Shown here one piece after another: positions 1-12,010 of a DNA stretch of 64,000 nucleotides (position 1 is the first letter of the stretch; every line of letters begins with the position of its first letter). The position numbers and the translations under genes are program-made. The stretch lies in the NCBI GenBank assembly GCA_002189035.1, contig NEEC01000010.1, forward strand, positions 186,001-250,000, read 5' to 3'. Source of the DNA: Utricularia gibba (taxonomy: Eukaryota > Plantae > Magnoliophyta). Under the pieces are notes generated by a model. That model was given only the letters and a program-made list of their open reading frames with translations, was not told where the DNA came from and did no database searches.

Positions 1-54
1 GATATGATCATAAATCCTGGATAGTTTTATGCTAATCGAGCATTGCCTTGGCAG

Positions 55-1110
55 GTGGATGGGGATACGAGTACTAATGATTGTGTAATTGCATTGGCAA
101 GTGGTCTCTCTGGAGGAAAAGCAATTTCTTCCTTGGTCGATTCAGATGCAGCCAACCTGCAAGCATGTCTTGATGTTGTGAGTTAGCCCATATTGTGATA
201 TTCTAAGAGGGTGGGGTTGCAATATGTTCCCTAAGAAATTCTTTAACAGGTAATGCAAGGGCTCGCAAAATCAATAGCTTCGGATGGTGAAGGAGCCACA
301 TGCTTGATTGAGGTCATACTACTACTTTTGTTGCCAAGTATTCTTAATTGAGTTCTCAATTCTGTAAGATCCGGGGGCCTTTCCAATTTTTCCTAGCCAA
401 GTTCGTATCTTGACACTCAGGCAATTCTTTTTTTTGCCCCCGTTGATCAGTTTTAAACAGTAACCAGAGCTGTGCACATCATAGACGTGATTTGCAGGTC
501 AAAGTATCAGGAGCGGACACCGAAGCAGAGGCGTCAAAAGTTGCTCGAGCAGTGGCTTCTTCCTCTTTAACCAAGGTCTGACATGCCGCATTTCGATAGT
601 GTGCTTCTCTCGGTATCACTTTCCTGAGATTTTTGACCGCATTTTGTAGGCTGCGGTATATGGTAGGGACCCCAACTGGGGGCGCATAGCCTGTGCAGCT
701 GGTAATGCAGGTGTTTTTTTCAATAAAAATAAACTCCAGATATTGCTTGGCGATATCTCGTTGATGGACAACGGCCAGCCACTACCATTTGACCGGTACG
801 GCACCTGGATCATATGTTGATGTTAGCCCCTCTTTTAGGCTCTTCTTACAGGATGGTTAAACTCTGTAGGGCATCTGCCAGCAGTTATCTGAGAAAACAA
901 GGAGAGGTACATGGGACGGTACTGATCCGAATATCTGTTGGTTAGTATGACATTCAGTTCATTTCCATTGACATGCTGAAATCACAAGATGGTGGCCGTT
1001 CCATGAATACAGTTTCCTGCTTTGCAGGTGATGGCCCCGGTAGCGGACAGGCGTGGGGATGTGACCTCAGTTACGATTACGTGAAGATAAATGCGGAATA
1101 TACGACCTGA
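55..1110 (+). CDS. ArgJ: Arginine biosynthesis bifunctional protein ArgJ (ornithine/glutamate N-acetyltransferase), last six coding exons; 5' part lies upstream of the window
   Basis: Exons 55-177, 250-312, 498-575, 650-795, 870-940 and 1028-1110, all with GT-AG boundaries that keep frame. Translation: [17 protein letters not shown]...[27 protein letters not shown]...[18 protein letters not shown]...[45 protein letters not shown] and [16 protein letters not shown] are ArgJ hallmarks. Confidence 0.97.
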
Positions 1111-1466
1111 GCAACAGTGAGATAGATGTCTCCTCCTTGAGAGTTTTTATATTCCGGGGATGTTGTTCGTAGGCCGTCCTGATGATAAGGTGTCATTTTG
1201 ACAAATAAGCATCCTTGCCTGTCTCACTGGCATTGGATGGACACATGCTAGAAGACGATCAGTTTTGTAATTTGTCCTCTGGAAACATCCAACGCATGCA
1301 GCAACGGTTGATAATCCAAGGCAAACCACCTCATACATTGAACACGCTTTTTAGCAAAATGTTTTGGATGACGGCACGCCGACATGCCAGCAGCTACAGA
1401 GGAAAGAAAAGTTGGCAAGCACTCGGACCACATCATACATACGACTTCTTGCAACAATTTATTTAG

Positions 1467-2381
1467 TTACATACATAGACGGGAACCATAGGGTGGTGCT
1501 GGCTTCTTCAGAAAACCATCTCAGCAGCGCACATCTGCGCCTCCAACATCAGTTCTTTACCAGAAACCGCCACGCCACTTTCTTCGTGGAAGGGATTGGC
1601 AACGTAGGAGCGGCTGCTGTTCTTGCACTTCTTCTCTTTACCCTTGCCACCATTCCGAGCAGATTTGGCGCTGCTCTTCTGCTTGTTTCTCCCGGACCTC
1701 TTCCCGGTTCCACGATACCTGTGTGGTTTGCTTGATGGAACATGTGACACGGACGTCGGAATTGGATCGTACACATCAGGCGCCCACGTGACCGTGAGCT
1801 TTTTGGGAGGTAAACCTTGCCTCTCACGGCTGCCTTTCATCGCAGACACGATCGGCTTGAATGAGGCCTGAAGAATGCGTCATTGTAAGAAAGACACGTT
1901 AAACAAGCCATCAATTATGCACGTCTAGTAAAAACAGACTTAAAGGCCAACTTAAAACCCACAGGAAGCGACAACGATCGGGAGCACAGCTGATCAGATT
2001 GTTTCCATGAACCATCTACCACACAGGTTCCAGAGAGTCCCCGTTTTCAACATTTTCATTCTCGCTATGTGCTTTGCATCCCGAGGATTGCGGAAAGGTT
2101 GCAGACTTGGAAAGATGCTTCTCTGAGTAGTAGTGAGCTTGGAGTTCAGTCTCATCAAAATGTATGAATTCACGTGTGCCATTCTCGCCAGACGATGGAT
2201 TGGCACCACTAGCACTAGTTAAGCCTTCATCCTTCTGTAAACCAGTCAAACATGCTTTGAGATCGTTCATAGAAAGAGCACCAGAATTATGATGACTTTG
2301 GCTGCTAGGATCTTGCAAAGTCCTAGCACTCTTGCACGAACCGATATGATCTGCGGTATTACAAGGAGAACAAACTTCCAT
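1467..2381 (-). pseudogene. Two-exon gene of an uncharacterised plant family (SKSATFP...RSLSLP...VSAMKGSRE...VTWAPDVYDP), disrupted as assembled
   Basis: ATG at 2381. Exon 1 runs to donor cct|GTGGGT at 1963, intron 1868-1962, acceptor ttcttcAG|gcc at 1867, giving RSLSLP|ASFKPIVSAMKGSRERQGLPPKKLTVTWAPDVYDP. The SKSATFP frame stops at 2016-2018 and RSLSLP is in another frame (indel near 2019-2025). A second shift near 1550 and a TGA at 1521-1523 interrupt a DVGGADVRC*DGFLKK segment that resembles the family C-terminus as I recall it. Confidence 0.7.
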
Positions 2382-3876
2382 CTACCGGATGACCAACTGT
2401 GTAGAAATTGTAGGCGCAAACATCAAAAAATCCAATTTTAGCACAAACTGCCACCCGAAATGCGTAGCAGAGATTGAAATAACAAAGCCAAACGGATTTC
2501 AATTGACAGAAAAAAGTAATTGATCAACAAATGTGCCGTTCCACTTATTGCACTTCTACGCCTTTTACATCAGAACTCAGATTAATTTAAACGACGGGTA
2601 GTAGTAATGGAGTTTCAATCAAACACGAGTAGCAATTAAGGGGTACACAAAAACTTGAAATACTACACAATTTAGTTCTTTGGTTTCACCTTCATATAGA
2701 TCGTTCTCTGCAATGACAATGAACTCATACGGAGTAGGAAAAAAAAAAAAACTATAAAGAACGAACGAGAAAGAACGGAAGTCACAGACGCATCTCCTTT
2801 TCTGAACATGGAGACCCGTCTACACTAAAACATAATATGGAAAGCGGAAAGGAAACTTCAACAAAAATATTACCTCGCTGAGGGTACACTTCAATCAGAT
2901 TCCACCCACTAGCAATAGTCGACAAAACGTAGATCCAATGATTTATATGGATCCACAACCAACGCTTAGCAATATCTTGTCCTCTTGATATACCGTTTGA
3001 AAATCGAGGAAGAAAACACGATGTGGAGTTGTAGAACTAAAACGCAAAAAATCAAGGTCAGCCAAATGTCAACTACTAAGATTACCACGCCGGTCACTTT
3101 TATGCAAATGCTTAAGACGATGAGAAGACGATCCGCCTGAGAAAGAAGAAACATGAGGGGGTGAAAGGAGGAGAAGATCGTTTGAAGGCACCGAATGCAT
3201 CGCTCGATGCTCTTCTATCACCAGATCTTCCGCAATTCCTTCGACAACGAATTTCGTCGAGGATCAAGATGAAATATCGATTGGGGAAGAAGGGCCTCAG
3301 ACGAAAGGAAAATATAAAATCTGCAAATACACCGTGAGCAGGGAGACGATCGGCATCGGCGACCGTACAAACAAGTCAACCGCGGGAGAGAAACAAGGGT
3401 TGTCACTTATCAATAAGAGACCCCTTTTTCCTTCACGCCGCCTTATCCAAGGATATGGATACCTCCTCCGCTGTCTATTTTATTAAATTCATTAAATGAA
3501 CGAATTTTCAGATATTTTAGGTAAATCCACATAATTAAGGACTCATTTTTAAATTAAATTCAAACATATTTCTATATATTCACAATGATAAAAGATATGA
3601 ATATTTTATCCAAATCCAATAAATGATATAAATACAACATAAATATTTGAACTTATTTCTTAGAAAATTATATTAGTGTATATGTTCTATAAACAATTAA
3701 TTTATTGATAAATCTTATTTTAGAATATTTATTTTGAATTATGATCAAATTTCTATAACTGATAAAATCTTCTACTTGATCTATATGTTATAGAAATTAT
3801 AATGAGATTATAATGTGAGATTCTTTAAGCATTTATATTCAAGTTAAAAATTTATCTAAAATATTTGTGAAATGAG

Positions 3877-5035
3877 TGATGGTGATTCTGCAAGTGTACA
3901 GAAACCGTCGCAGTAATAAAATAAGATCGTATCCACAGGGAATTGTTATTGGAATTTTCTTTTCAAACAAAGACTTAAAAAGACTCAAAAAGACTCAAAA
4001 CAAAAGAAAGATTTGGTTTTGAAAACAATAAAGAAAGTGGCATTGGATCTAAGATCCATCTTACTTGAAACTCACCCTTGCGTGTGTACAAACCTTGAAG
4101 ATTGACCTACTTGCGCAAGCTCTGGGGTGTTATTCTACAGTAGTGCTACTCGGTGACCGTTATAGCACTGTCCCTTGTTTTGTGGGATTATGGAATCAAC
4201 CACGCCACCATAGCCATTTCACCTCTTTGTGATAACCCATGTTTTCCCCACACCCAAATCTAACCCCTACACCTCACACCTCGCAGACAGATAAGACAGA
4301 ATGTGCCTTACCAACGATATCCGATTGAGCCCTTCTCCTTAGGTGCTTGAGGCCAACCTTTGATTCTCTCACACTCCTTTCTGGTTATGTGATACTAAAG
4401 ATCACGTTGGTAAAGAAAACGTTGCGAAAAACAGAATCAAACTTCAATTTAAATGTCGAAAAACATAGTACAACAGTCACACGCGTAGGACTTGCGCAAG
4501 CAAGGCTTCACCGCAGATCCTCAGCCGCAAGCGCCTACATGCGCAGACTTGACTCTTACATAAAAATAGACACGAAAATAGGAAAAGTACAAAGGAAAAG
4601 TGGTTAAAAACTTTTCTAATGGTTGAGAGGGTGGGGTATTTATAGGAGAGTCAATCCAAATCTTCGTATTGAGCTTATTTGATGAGCTTGGATAAGATCT
4701 TCTATCCACATCTTTTATTCAAATCTTCGAAGATCATCTTCATATCTCGATCTTATCCACGAATCTTGAGCTAAATCTTCATCGGTTGACCGAGTCTTGG
4801 GTTGAGATTCGTGGTCCATCAAGTCCATAATTTGGTGGGTCTTGATTTCTCCTCAAATTGATCCAAAAGTACCCTAAAAATCCACAAAATACACTTTCTC
4901 TCCAAAAAGATCAAAGTAGTGTAAAAGATGCAAAATCAATTGAGAATAATGAGAAAGTGGAGTCTAAGATAAGTAAAAACAACACTCAAGAGTAGTGGAA
5001 GAACATATTTTGGAACGACACAAAATCACTTATCA
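3877..5035 (-). mobile_element. Solo LTR, gypsy family B (Athila-type PBS in a sister copy)
   Basis: TGAT...ATCA termini and perfect 5-bp TSD ATGAG (3872-3876, 5036-5040). Homologous to 39012-39535, 53208-54325 and, inverted, 58482-59652. Confidence 0.92.
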
Positions 5036-6039
5036 ATGAGGATATCACAAATACGAATAAGTTGGCACACATATTGAGTTTTCTAAATTGTTTAGACAAT
5101 GGTTCTCACAATTGATGTAATGAGATTACTAAAATAACTATGTGGGTGTTGATTAGAGAATCGATTTATTGAATGACTCGTCTTTGGGATGCTATTATGG
5201 GAAGTTAACCAAGCCTTAATAACAAGATTTCGAATGTGAAAGCCATACAAGTAAACTTAGACTTGAAATCAACAAAATTATCTTGATGTCAAACTCGCAT
5301 TTTTGCTCATTATTAATGAGAGTTTAATCATGGCATGACTAGTATGAAGGAAAAGAGATGAAACTCCTTAAAATTGAAAATAGTTGATTGATCAATAAAA
5401 GATTTATTATTTATATTAGCAATGAGTTCTTATTTCAAGTAATTTCACCAAAGCCTAATAAAAAGTACTGGGACCTTATAGAGTTTAAGCAAGTCATTGA
5501 ATGTTAGTACTTAAATACAATTATAAGTTCGATACATTCGAAAGACATACACATATATTCATATCAAATGAGATATAAATATAATAAAGGCTATTCATTT
5601 TATAGTGGCTAGTCATAAAAAATCTCAATCAATGCACCTAATTATTCTTACATCTTGAAAATTATGATATGCTACTAGATATCAATCATGATCGATAATA
5701 ATATATTTAATTAATCAAGAGATAATTAATAAATTCATTATTACAATCTTGATTCAAGAAGCCTATAAAGTCACACACAATAGTAAAATCATTCATCGAT
5801 ATAAAATTGAATGACGCAATTACATGAGATGTAATTGGAAATGTGAATAAATCAAATAGAAAGTTATTTTGAGATTAATATTGATTAAACTCAAAATAAA
5901 AGATCTGTTATAGATAAGATTTGAGAACATATATATATATATATATTAGATTTTCACGAGATAAGATATTTATGAAGATTTAATTAGATATGTTACTAAA
6001 TATATATATAAGATAAAAAGAAGGGAAAATCATATTTTT

Positions 6040-6360
6040 GATGTATTACGTTTGCCAAAAGTTGCTTCTATAATGCATCATGTTTAAATTTAACAATAAT
6101 GATGCATCATGCTTAAAAAAATTAAAAAACAATACATCATGTTGCAACAAATATTAAAATAGTTCACCACGTTTCAAAAGTTAATTTAACGACATCATTT
6201 TCCAAAAATAACGGAAACAGGACATCAGGTTTAAAAAATTATATTATTTAGGCATCACGTTTCGAAAATTACTCTTTTGGGCATCACGTTTCATAAATTA
6301 CAATGCCAATGCATCATGTTTTAAGAAAGTTATTCTAACTGTGTATTACATTTAAAAAAT
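6040..6360 (+). repeat. Left terminal tandem array of the MULE (~11 degenerate ~30-bp units, core GCATCACGTTT)
   Basis: Cores gcatcatgttt / gcatcacgttt / acatcaggttt recur about every 29-32 bp. They are the reverse complement of the right-hand array core AAACGTGATG. Confidence 0.8.
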
Positions 6361-6886
6361 GACACTTTTGGTTTTTTAATTTTTAAAAAATCAGTATATT
6401 TCAAAAAAATTACGAAATTAATTTTGTATGATATACATTTTGAAGATACATTTTTATCAAATTATATGCATTATTTTGACGACATTTTGAATTTTAAATA
6501 AATTTATATTAAAGACATAATGAATTTAGCTAAAAATTCACATGACATTAGAAAATTATGAAATCTCTTTTGTTTGAAAACATATTTTCTAAATAAAAGC
6601 ATCCACGATCCAATGATACCAAATTTCATATTTTTCTTTCATATTGATTAGATAAAATATATTCATTATATTAAAAATAATTTTGAAATAGATTATACAT
6701 TTGTTTTTAAACAATCTAATGCTTTGTAGAAAAATGTTGAAAGTTGAAAATAACATGATGATGGTGGATCTGAACGTTGACCCTCAAGATTAATAAATGA
6801 AAGTCTATTAATTTTATGTAAAGTAATGTAACCAAAGTAATAAAAAACTAAGACATATTTGACATAAAAGGTATCGCAAGATTGTC

Positions 6887-7978
6887 TCATAGATCAACTT
6901 TTTCACGTTTCTTGACCTTTCTAACCAATGCCATCAAATCTTCTTTCATTACAAATTGTTTCAAATCTTCTTCATCAAACCATGTGGGACTCATCTGCAT
7001 CATGAACAAAAATCTATTAGAGTTATTTGTATGAGGAACAACTATCCTAATTGTCACTGAAACCTTCACGTACCCAACCAATGTCAGAAATAGGTGTGAT
7101 AGTACATGGAGCTTCAGTCATGAACCCGTGGATATAATGAAGAACATAAATGCCACACTCGATTAGCCTTTGTTGGCATGGTACCTAGAATGTTATCAAT
7201 AATCAGATAATTTTTTAATGCATGTAATCCTCATACCTTACCTCAACTGGAATAAGAAGAGTACTCTTGACAATTTCCTCATCCATGGAAGAGTTTGAGA
7301 CCCTACTCTGGTACACATGCCATATAAACCTATCAATATGTTGGAAGAAAAATAATTAACTCATATATACATATATGTTTGAATCACAAAATATTCCTAC
7401 ATTCGCAATTCTTCAGCCTTCGTCTGTATCATATTGGTAAAATCCAATGAATCCAAGTAGAGAATGCAATGCTACTGTGAATTATCAGAGTCGAAATTGC
7501 ACATGATTAACAACAAAAAATGTCCCCTACATTTAATACATAACATCTAACTATCCCTTAAAAATTGATCATTGTACTCCATTGACATACTAACCTTGAA
7601 ATAGTGGGAACAACAAAATATGGGGTGGTAAATGTTCTTCTTCCTACAAATAACGGCCCCAAATTCCTTTGTCTTCGCATCTCAATAGTATCGTAGTATT
7701 GAAAACTAGTAAATTCATACATTTCTTGAATTACTAGCGGGAATGAGCAAATAATTTTCCTGCAACCAATATAAAGATTGAAAGGTTAACATCCCATAAT
7801 AACATAAAAAAGAATAAACTATGGCAACTTACGCCAAAGCATAATCGAACATCACGTCATCCAACATCTCATAGACACGTAAGTGTGGAGCGCACTTATT
7901 TTTTTCCAGGACCTTCGAACCTCGTGACCTGATGTTTTTACTTAGCGGTATATGGGTGTCCTTGATTGTGCTTTTCAT
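6887..7978 (-). pseudogene. Ulp1 / peptidase C48 (SUMO protease-like) gene inside the MULE; six exons, one in-frame stop
   Basis: Exons 7978-7833, 7759-7595, 7526-7401, 7329-7242, 7184-7074 and 6994-6887 (744 nt). All five introns are GT-AG (57-79 nt) and frame-preserving. Product: ...MLDDVMFDYALAKIICSF...PYFVVPTISRGHFLLLIMCNFDSDNSQ*HCILYLDSL...LRMFIWHVYQ...LLIPVEVPCQQRLIECGIYVLHYIHGFMTEAP...MSPTWFDEEDL... It shows the C48 order His (GHF), Asp (LDSL), Gln (PCQQ), Cys (ECG). TAG at 7472-7474. Confidence 0.82.
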
Positions 7979-8639
7979 GTTGCAACCATTGCCTGTTGCA
8001 ATCTGGACAACTACCTTTGTTCACGCCTTTACCAACACTTGTGACCCAACTTCATCATCATGGCATGATCTTTTATTTGAATGTGTAGCCCAAATTTCAA
8101 TATTATTATCAATAACACGACAAAAGTATTAAATACTACATCATCATAATGTACCTTCTTCTCAATTTTGGAACCATGCTTTTCTGGCATATCATTTGAC
8201 GCTCCACTAATCTTTGGTGAAATTGGTGTTTTGAGAGTGGTGGGTGGAACATCAACATCTTTGATGCCACTAAGTACCTGTGGCCAATTCGACAATCTCA
8301 AGATTTTTACCTTCATGTTAAACAAACAAAAAACAATATTTATGCCTATACATATTTAAAATACCTTAGATTCGAGTGGAGTTCCCGCTCTCTCAGTAGG
8401 CATATCAGTATGTCTCTCTTTGTCTTGTGTTGTCTCTCGAGGTTGTCGTTGTCGTGTTCATTTGGCAGCTGCTTGGGCTTGTCGTTTGACTGGACATCGC
8501 CATGCTTTGTGGCCTGGTGCATTACAAGCAGAGCATACCTGACATTGCCATGATGATCACACAAGTTACCCAATACATCACTATGGTATATACATATAGT
8601 ATAGGTTATTACCTTTATTGAACCATCATCCATGTCTCT

Positions 8640-10910
8640 AGTGTTGCAACTGGCTTCGAATTTCTTCTGCTCCTCACAACGCTGAGTGTTGTGGCCAATT
8701 TACCCACACCAAGAGCATCCTTGTGGCACAACGTTTCCATGTCTACAACATTTGCTTTCCTTTGTGGATGCATGCTTCTCATAGCATCACCTAATGTGGT
8801 GTTTAGGTGGCCTACCTCGATATTCTTTACTATACTTAGATGGCAACATTTTGTCGTAGTGGTTGATGGTCACCTAGCTGGTCCGGGCACACCATGAAGT
8901 GAGTAGGCATAAACTTGTATGTTTCAACATAGTAGCAGCTGTCCACAAAAGCATGAAAAGGCCTGCCCAACGCGTCAATTACAGTCATAGTAAACCTGAA
9001 ACAACTGTTAGATGTTTTCACAATGTTAAATGGAAAGCCGATAAATTAAGGGCATACTAACCTCTTAGCTGCCAAATACCGCAATTACAAACTTTTTTTG
9101 CCAAGTTCACAGTCTCGATCTTGTCACCATTGAACCGCTCCTATCGATCATTCATCGAGCTATAGATGCGACTCACCTTTCCTTTCTTAGCTTTTTCCCC
9201 TAAAACTTGTTCTCCATTGACACGGTGTGCCACTATGCGCTCACACAATAAGACTTGTATTGCCTTTAATAGTGTGATGATTGGCTTTGAACGCGCTCCA
9301 AGTAATGCTGCATTGAATGACTCGGTCATGTTGTTCAACAAGGCATCCGACCTAGTAGAATGCCTAAAAAAAGCATAGCACCAATGCTTTGATGAGATTC
9401 GAAGCATATAGGCATAAACTTTCTGATTCATCTTCATAAGTGCCCACATTTCAGCCTCTCATCCGGTTCTAGTACCTTGTTCGGTAATCCTTCTAACCTA
9501 ATTACAAGCATTCAATTTCCCTCCAGGTTTCCCTTTTAGATTTTGCTGAATATGCCTGATGCAATGGCGATGCTACATCAACAATCATTTCATTAACACA
9601 TGACAATGCTTAACACAATTTATATTACCTCATAGGCCGGAATAAGACTTGCAATAGCTTACCTCATAGCCCGAAATAAGTCTCTCCATATTTAAATCTT
9701 AGCACAACAGCCTCAAAAACCACATCCAATTGGCTTTGTCCTCTTTCCCAACTATGGCCCATGCAAACGGATATGTACCATTGTTTGGATCCAACCCGAT
9801 AACAACAAAGATGAAGTCGGCTGCCTCTGTTTTCACATGGCATGCAACAATGCCAACGAACTGCCTACAACATGCCCTCCAACCTTGTAGTTAACCATTC
9901 GAACGGATATAGCATGACTTTAATATTTATTCTTTGTTAGATATGGGTTTAGCATCAATAACAAAGGTGCTTCGTGGCTTTGACTCAAGAAACTTCTCCC
10001 TGTAATCCCTCAATCGGCTGAATTCCTCAACTCGTCTCCCAAAAATAATTTCATTTGCTTTCTTGCAAGCTCTGTGCAAAGTGACCTTACTTACATCCAT
10101 GGAAATAGCATAAAAAATCTCACGATGGAGCTCTGAAACAGTAATCCCAGGCTTTTGAATGAATCTACATAGGAATCTTCGTGCGATCCAGCTTGATCTT
10201 ACCTCACGGTTCTTTGAAATAGGGTGACAATCCTCTTTGTGGCATAGATTCATGTCTGATATCAACTATGTATTAGAGTGTTTATAACGCGATACCAATA
10301 CAAACCATGTACATTATTCAGTCTACTCCTGAATGAAGAATGCTAATCAGTAGCTTATTTAATACACACAAAACAATACCAACAAAAAGAATAATCACCT
10401 CTTCAGTTTGAGTACCCTCTTTCCGATTCACATGAGCTTTTTGAGTACCACATACAAAGCCCTCGTCTATAAAATAGTTGGTTAGTGCAATCTTAGCCTC
10501 AGCCTTTGATGCAAATTGAATCCCACCCCTACAATTATGAATGTGTAAGCAATACGAGTTGAAGAATACTATATTCAAGAAGTAAAAAAATAGTTCAAGT
10601 AGCAGCAAGGGACGCACCTGAGAGAATCTTCTGTCAAACTATCGTCAGGGCGAAACGTAGGATAGTTAGGATAGAATACCCAGCTGAGATCATCTGCACT
10701 ACCTATGAATGACACAATTTGAAGCTCACAAGAATCCCAATCTTCCGCTTTAACAAGTTGGCACTCTTTAAATGGTAGCTTGCTATCAATGTCATTCTCG
10801 CTCCAATCAATTCCATCATCTGTATTTTGAAAGTCATCATCCTCCAATATTGATATATCACCCATATCATTATTACTTTTAGTTTCAACTCTTCCACAGT
10901 CCATCTCATG
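8640..10910 (-). pseudogene. Degenerate MuDR/Mutator transposase
   Basis: Fragments in order on the - strand: GIQFASKAEAKIALTNY (MuDR N-domain); WIARRF...KVTLHRACKKA...FSRLRDY; CRQFVGIVACHVK...GLDPNNGTYPFAWAIVGKEDKANWMWFL (MULE domain, expected catalytic Asp reads Val); HWCYAFF...NNMTESFNAALLGARSKPII; SWIM-adjacent FVDSCYYVETY; RGRPPK and a C-terminal zinc-knuckle-like segment. Many stops and frameshifts. Confidence 0.88.
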
Positions 10911-11629
10911 ATCTCAATGGTTGCTCAGAACAAGAGGTGTCTTCTCCTCATCCCCCTTCACAAATTTCAATGGAAGTTCCTTTTCCAGAAGCTTTCCTGG
11001 TGCTGATTTCTGAAAAACCAAGCAAATGTCATTATTTTTTTGTCTTATATCACCCTGCCCACGAGATGCACACAAGTGAAATTGATAATGGTTGGCTGTA
11101 TTTTCCTTGCAGAACATCATTGGCACATCATAATTCTATCACACAAGAATTAACAAATTCAAGGTTTTTCAGAAATAAGAACTGACACTGGAAATATGTG
11201 AAAATAGAACAAAACCACGAAGCCCTTCGAGGAGTACAAGCACACCACCTTTGTTTGCTCCGACCACCTGAAAAGTGACAAATGTTAAATTGAATTGAAT
11301 GCCAAGCTCAAGATCTCGTTGAATTCAATGCAAGCTCAAGATCAAACTATCATCAGCTTTATTCTCCACCATCCATCTTGTGAAGAATGGCACAACGGCT
11401 GCCCTAGATCCCCAAAATTGACGAAGAACACTAATGAGCATACTTATTTGGGCTTTTTATTAAAATAATCTTCATGATGTTTTTTAATCGAATAAAATTC
11501 TATATTATTCTGAAATATTTACATAATTTTTTCTATATATTTCTATCATGAAGCTTTTAAACAAGATAGATTTCATATTTTTTGGGTATCAAATGAATTT
11601 TTAAAAAATAAAAAACCAAAACTGTAACT

Positions 11630-12010
11630 CTTAAAACGTGATGCACTATTTGCATATTTTTTTTGAAACATGATGCATTGGTTTGATAATTTTTAAAATG
11701 CGGTGTTCTGATAAGTAATTTTGAAAACGTGATCTTTCTATAGAGTATTTTTTAGAACGTGATATTCTGTTAGAGTATTTTTTAGAACGTGATATTCTGT
11801 TAGAGTAATTTTTAAAACATGATGTTATGTTAGAGTAATTTTTAAAACGTGATGTTCTAATAGAATAATTTTTAAAACGCGATTTTACGGTAGAGTAATT
11901 TTTAAAACATGATGTTCTAATAGAGTAATTTTTAAAACGCAATGTTCCAATATAATATTTTTATAACGTGATGAACTATTATCATGAAAAAGTAGAACGT
12001 GATGTTCGTA
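11630..12010 (-). repeat. Right terminal tandem array of the MULE (~13 units of 30 bp, e.g. TAGAGTAATTTTTAAAACGTGATGTTCTAA)
   Basis: Near-perfect 30-bp periodicity at 11730-11945, degenerating outward. Inverted relative to the 6040-6360 array. Confidence 0.9.

Noticed and set aside
1364-1871. Overlapping plus-strand ORFs (123 aa, 82 aa)
   Set aside because: Antisense shadows of the GC-richer exon 2 of the minus-strand gene.
11646-11942. 98-aa ORF with repeated SRFKNYS peptides
   Set aside because: It is the translation of the 30-bp tandem array at the MULE end. A unit length divisible by 3 keeps it open by chance.
11630-12010. CRISPR-like regular repeats
   Set aside because: Units are directly adjacent with no unique spacers, the context is eukaryotic, and the array is mirrored at the other end of a transposon.
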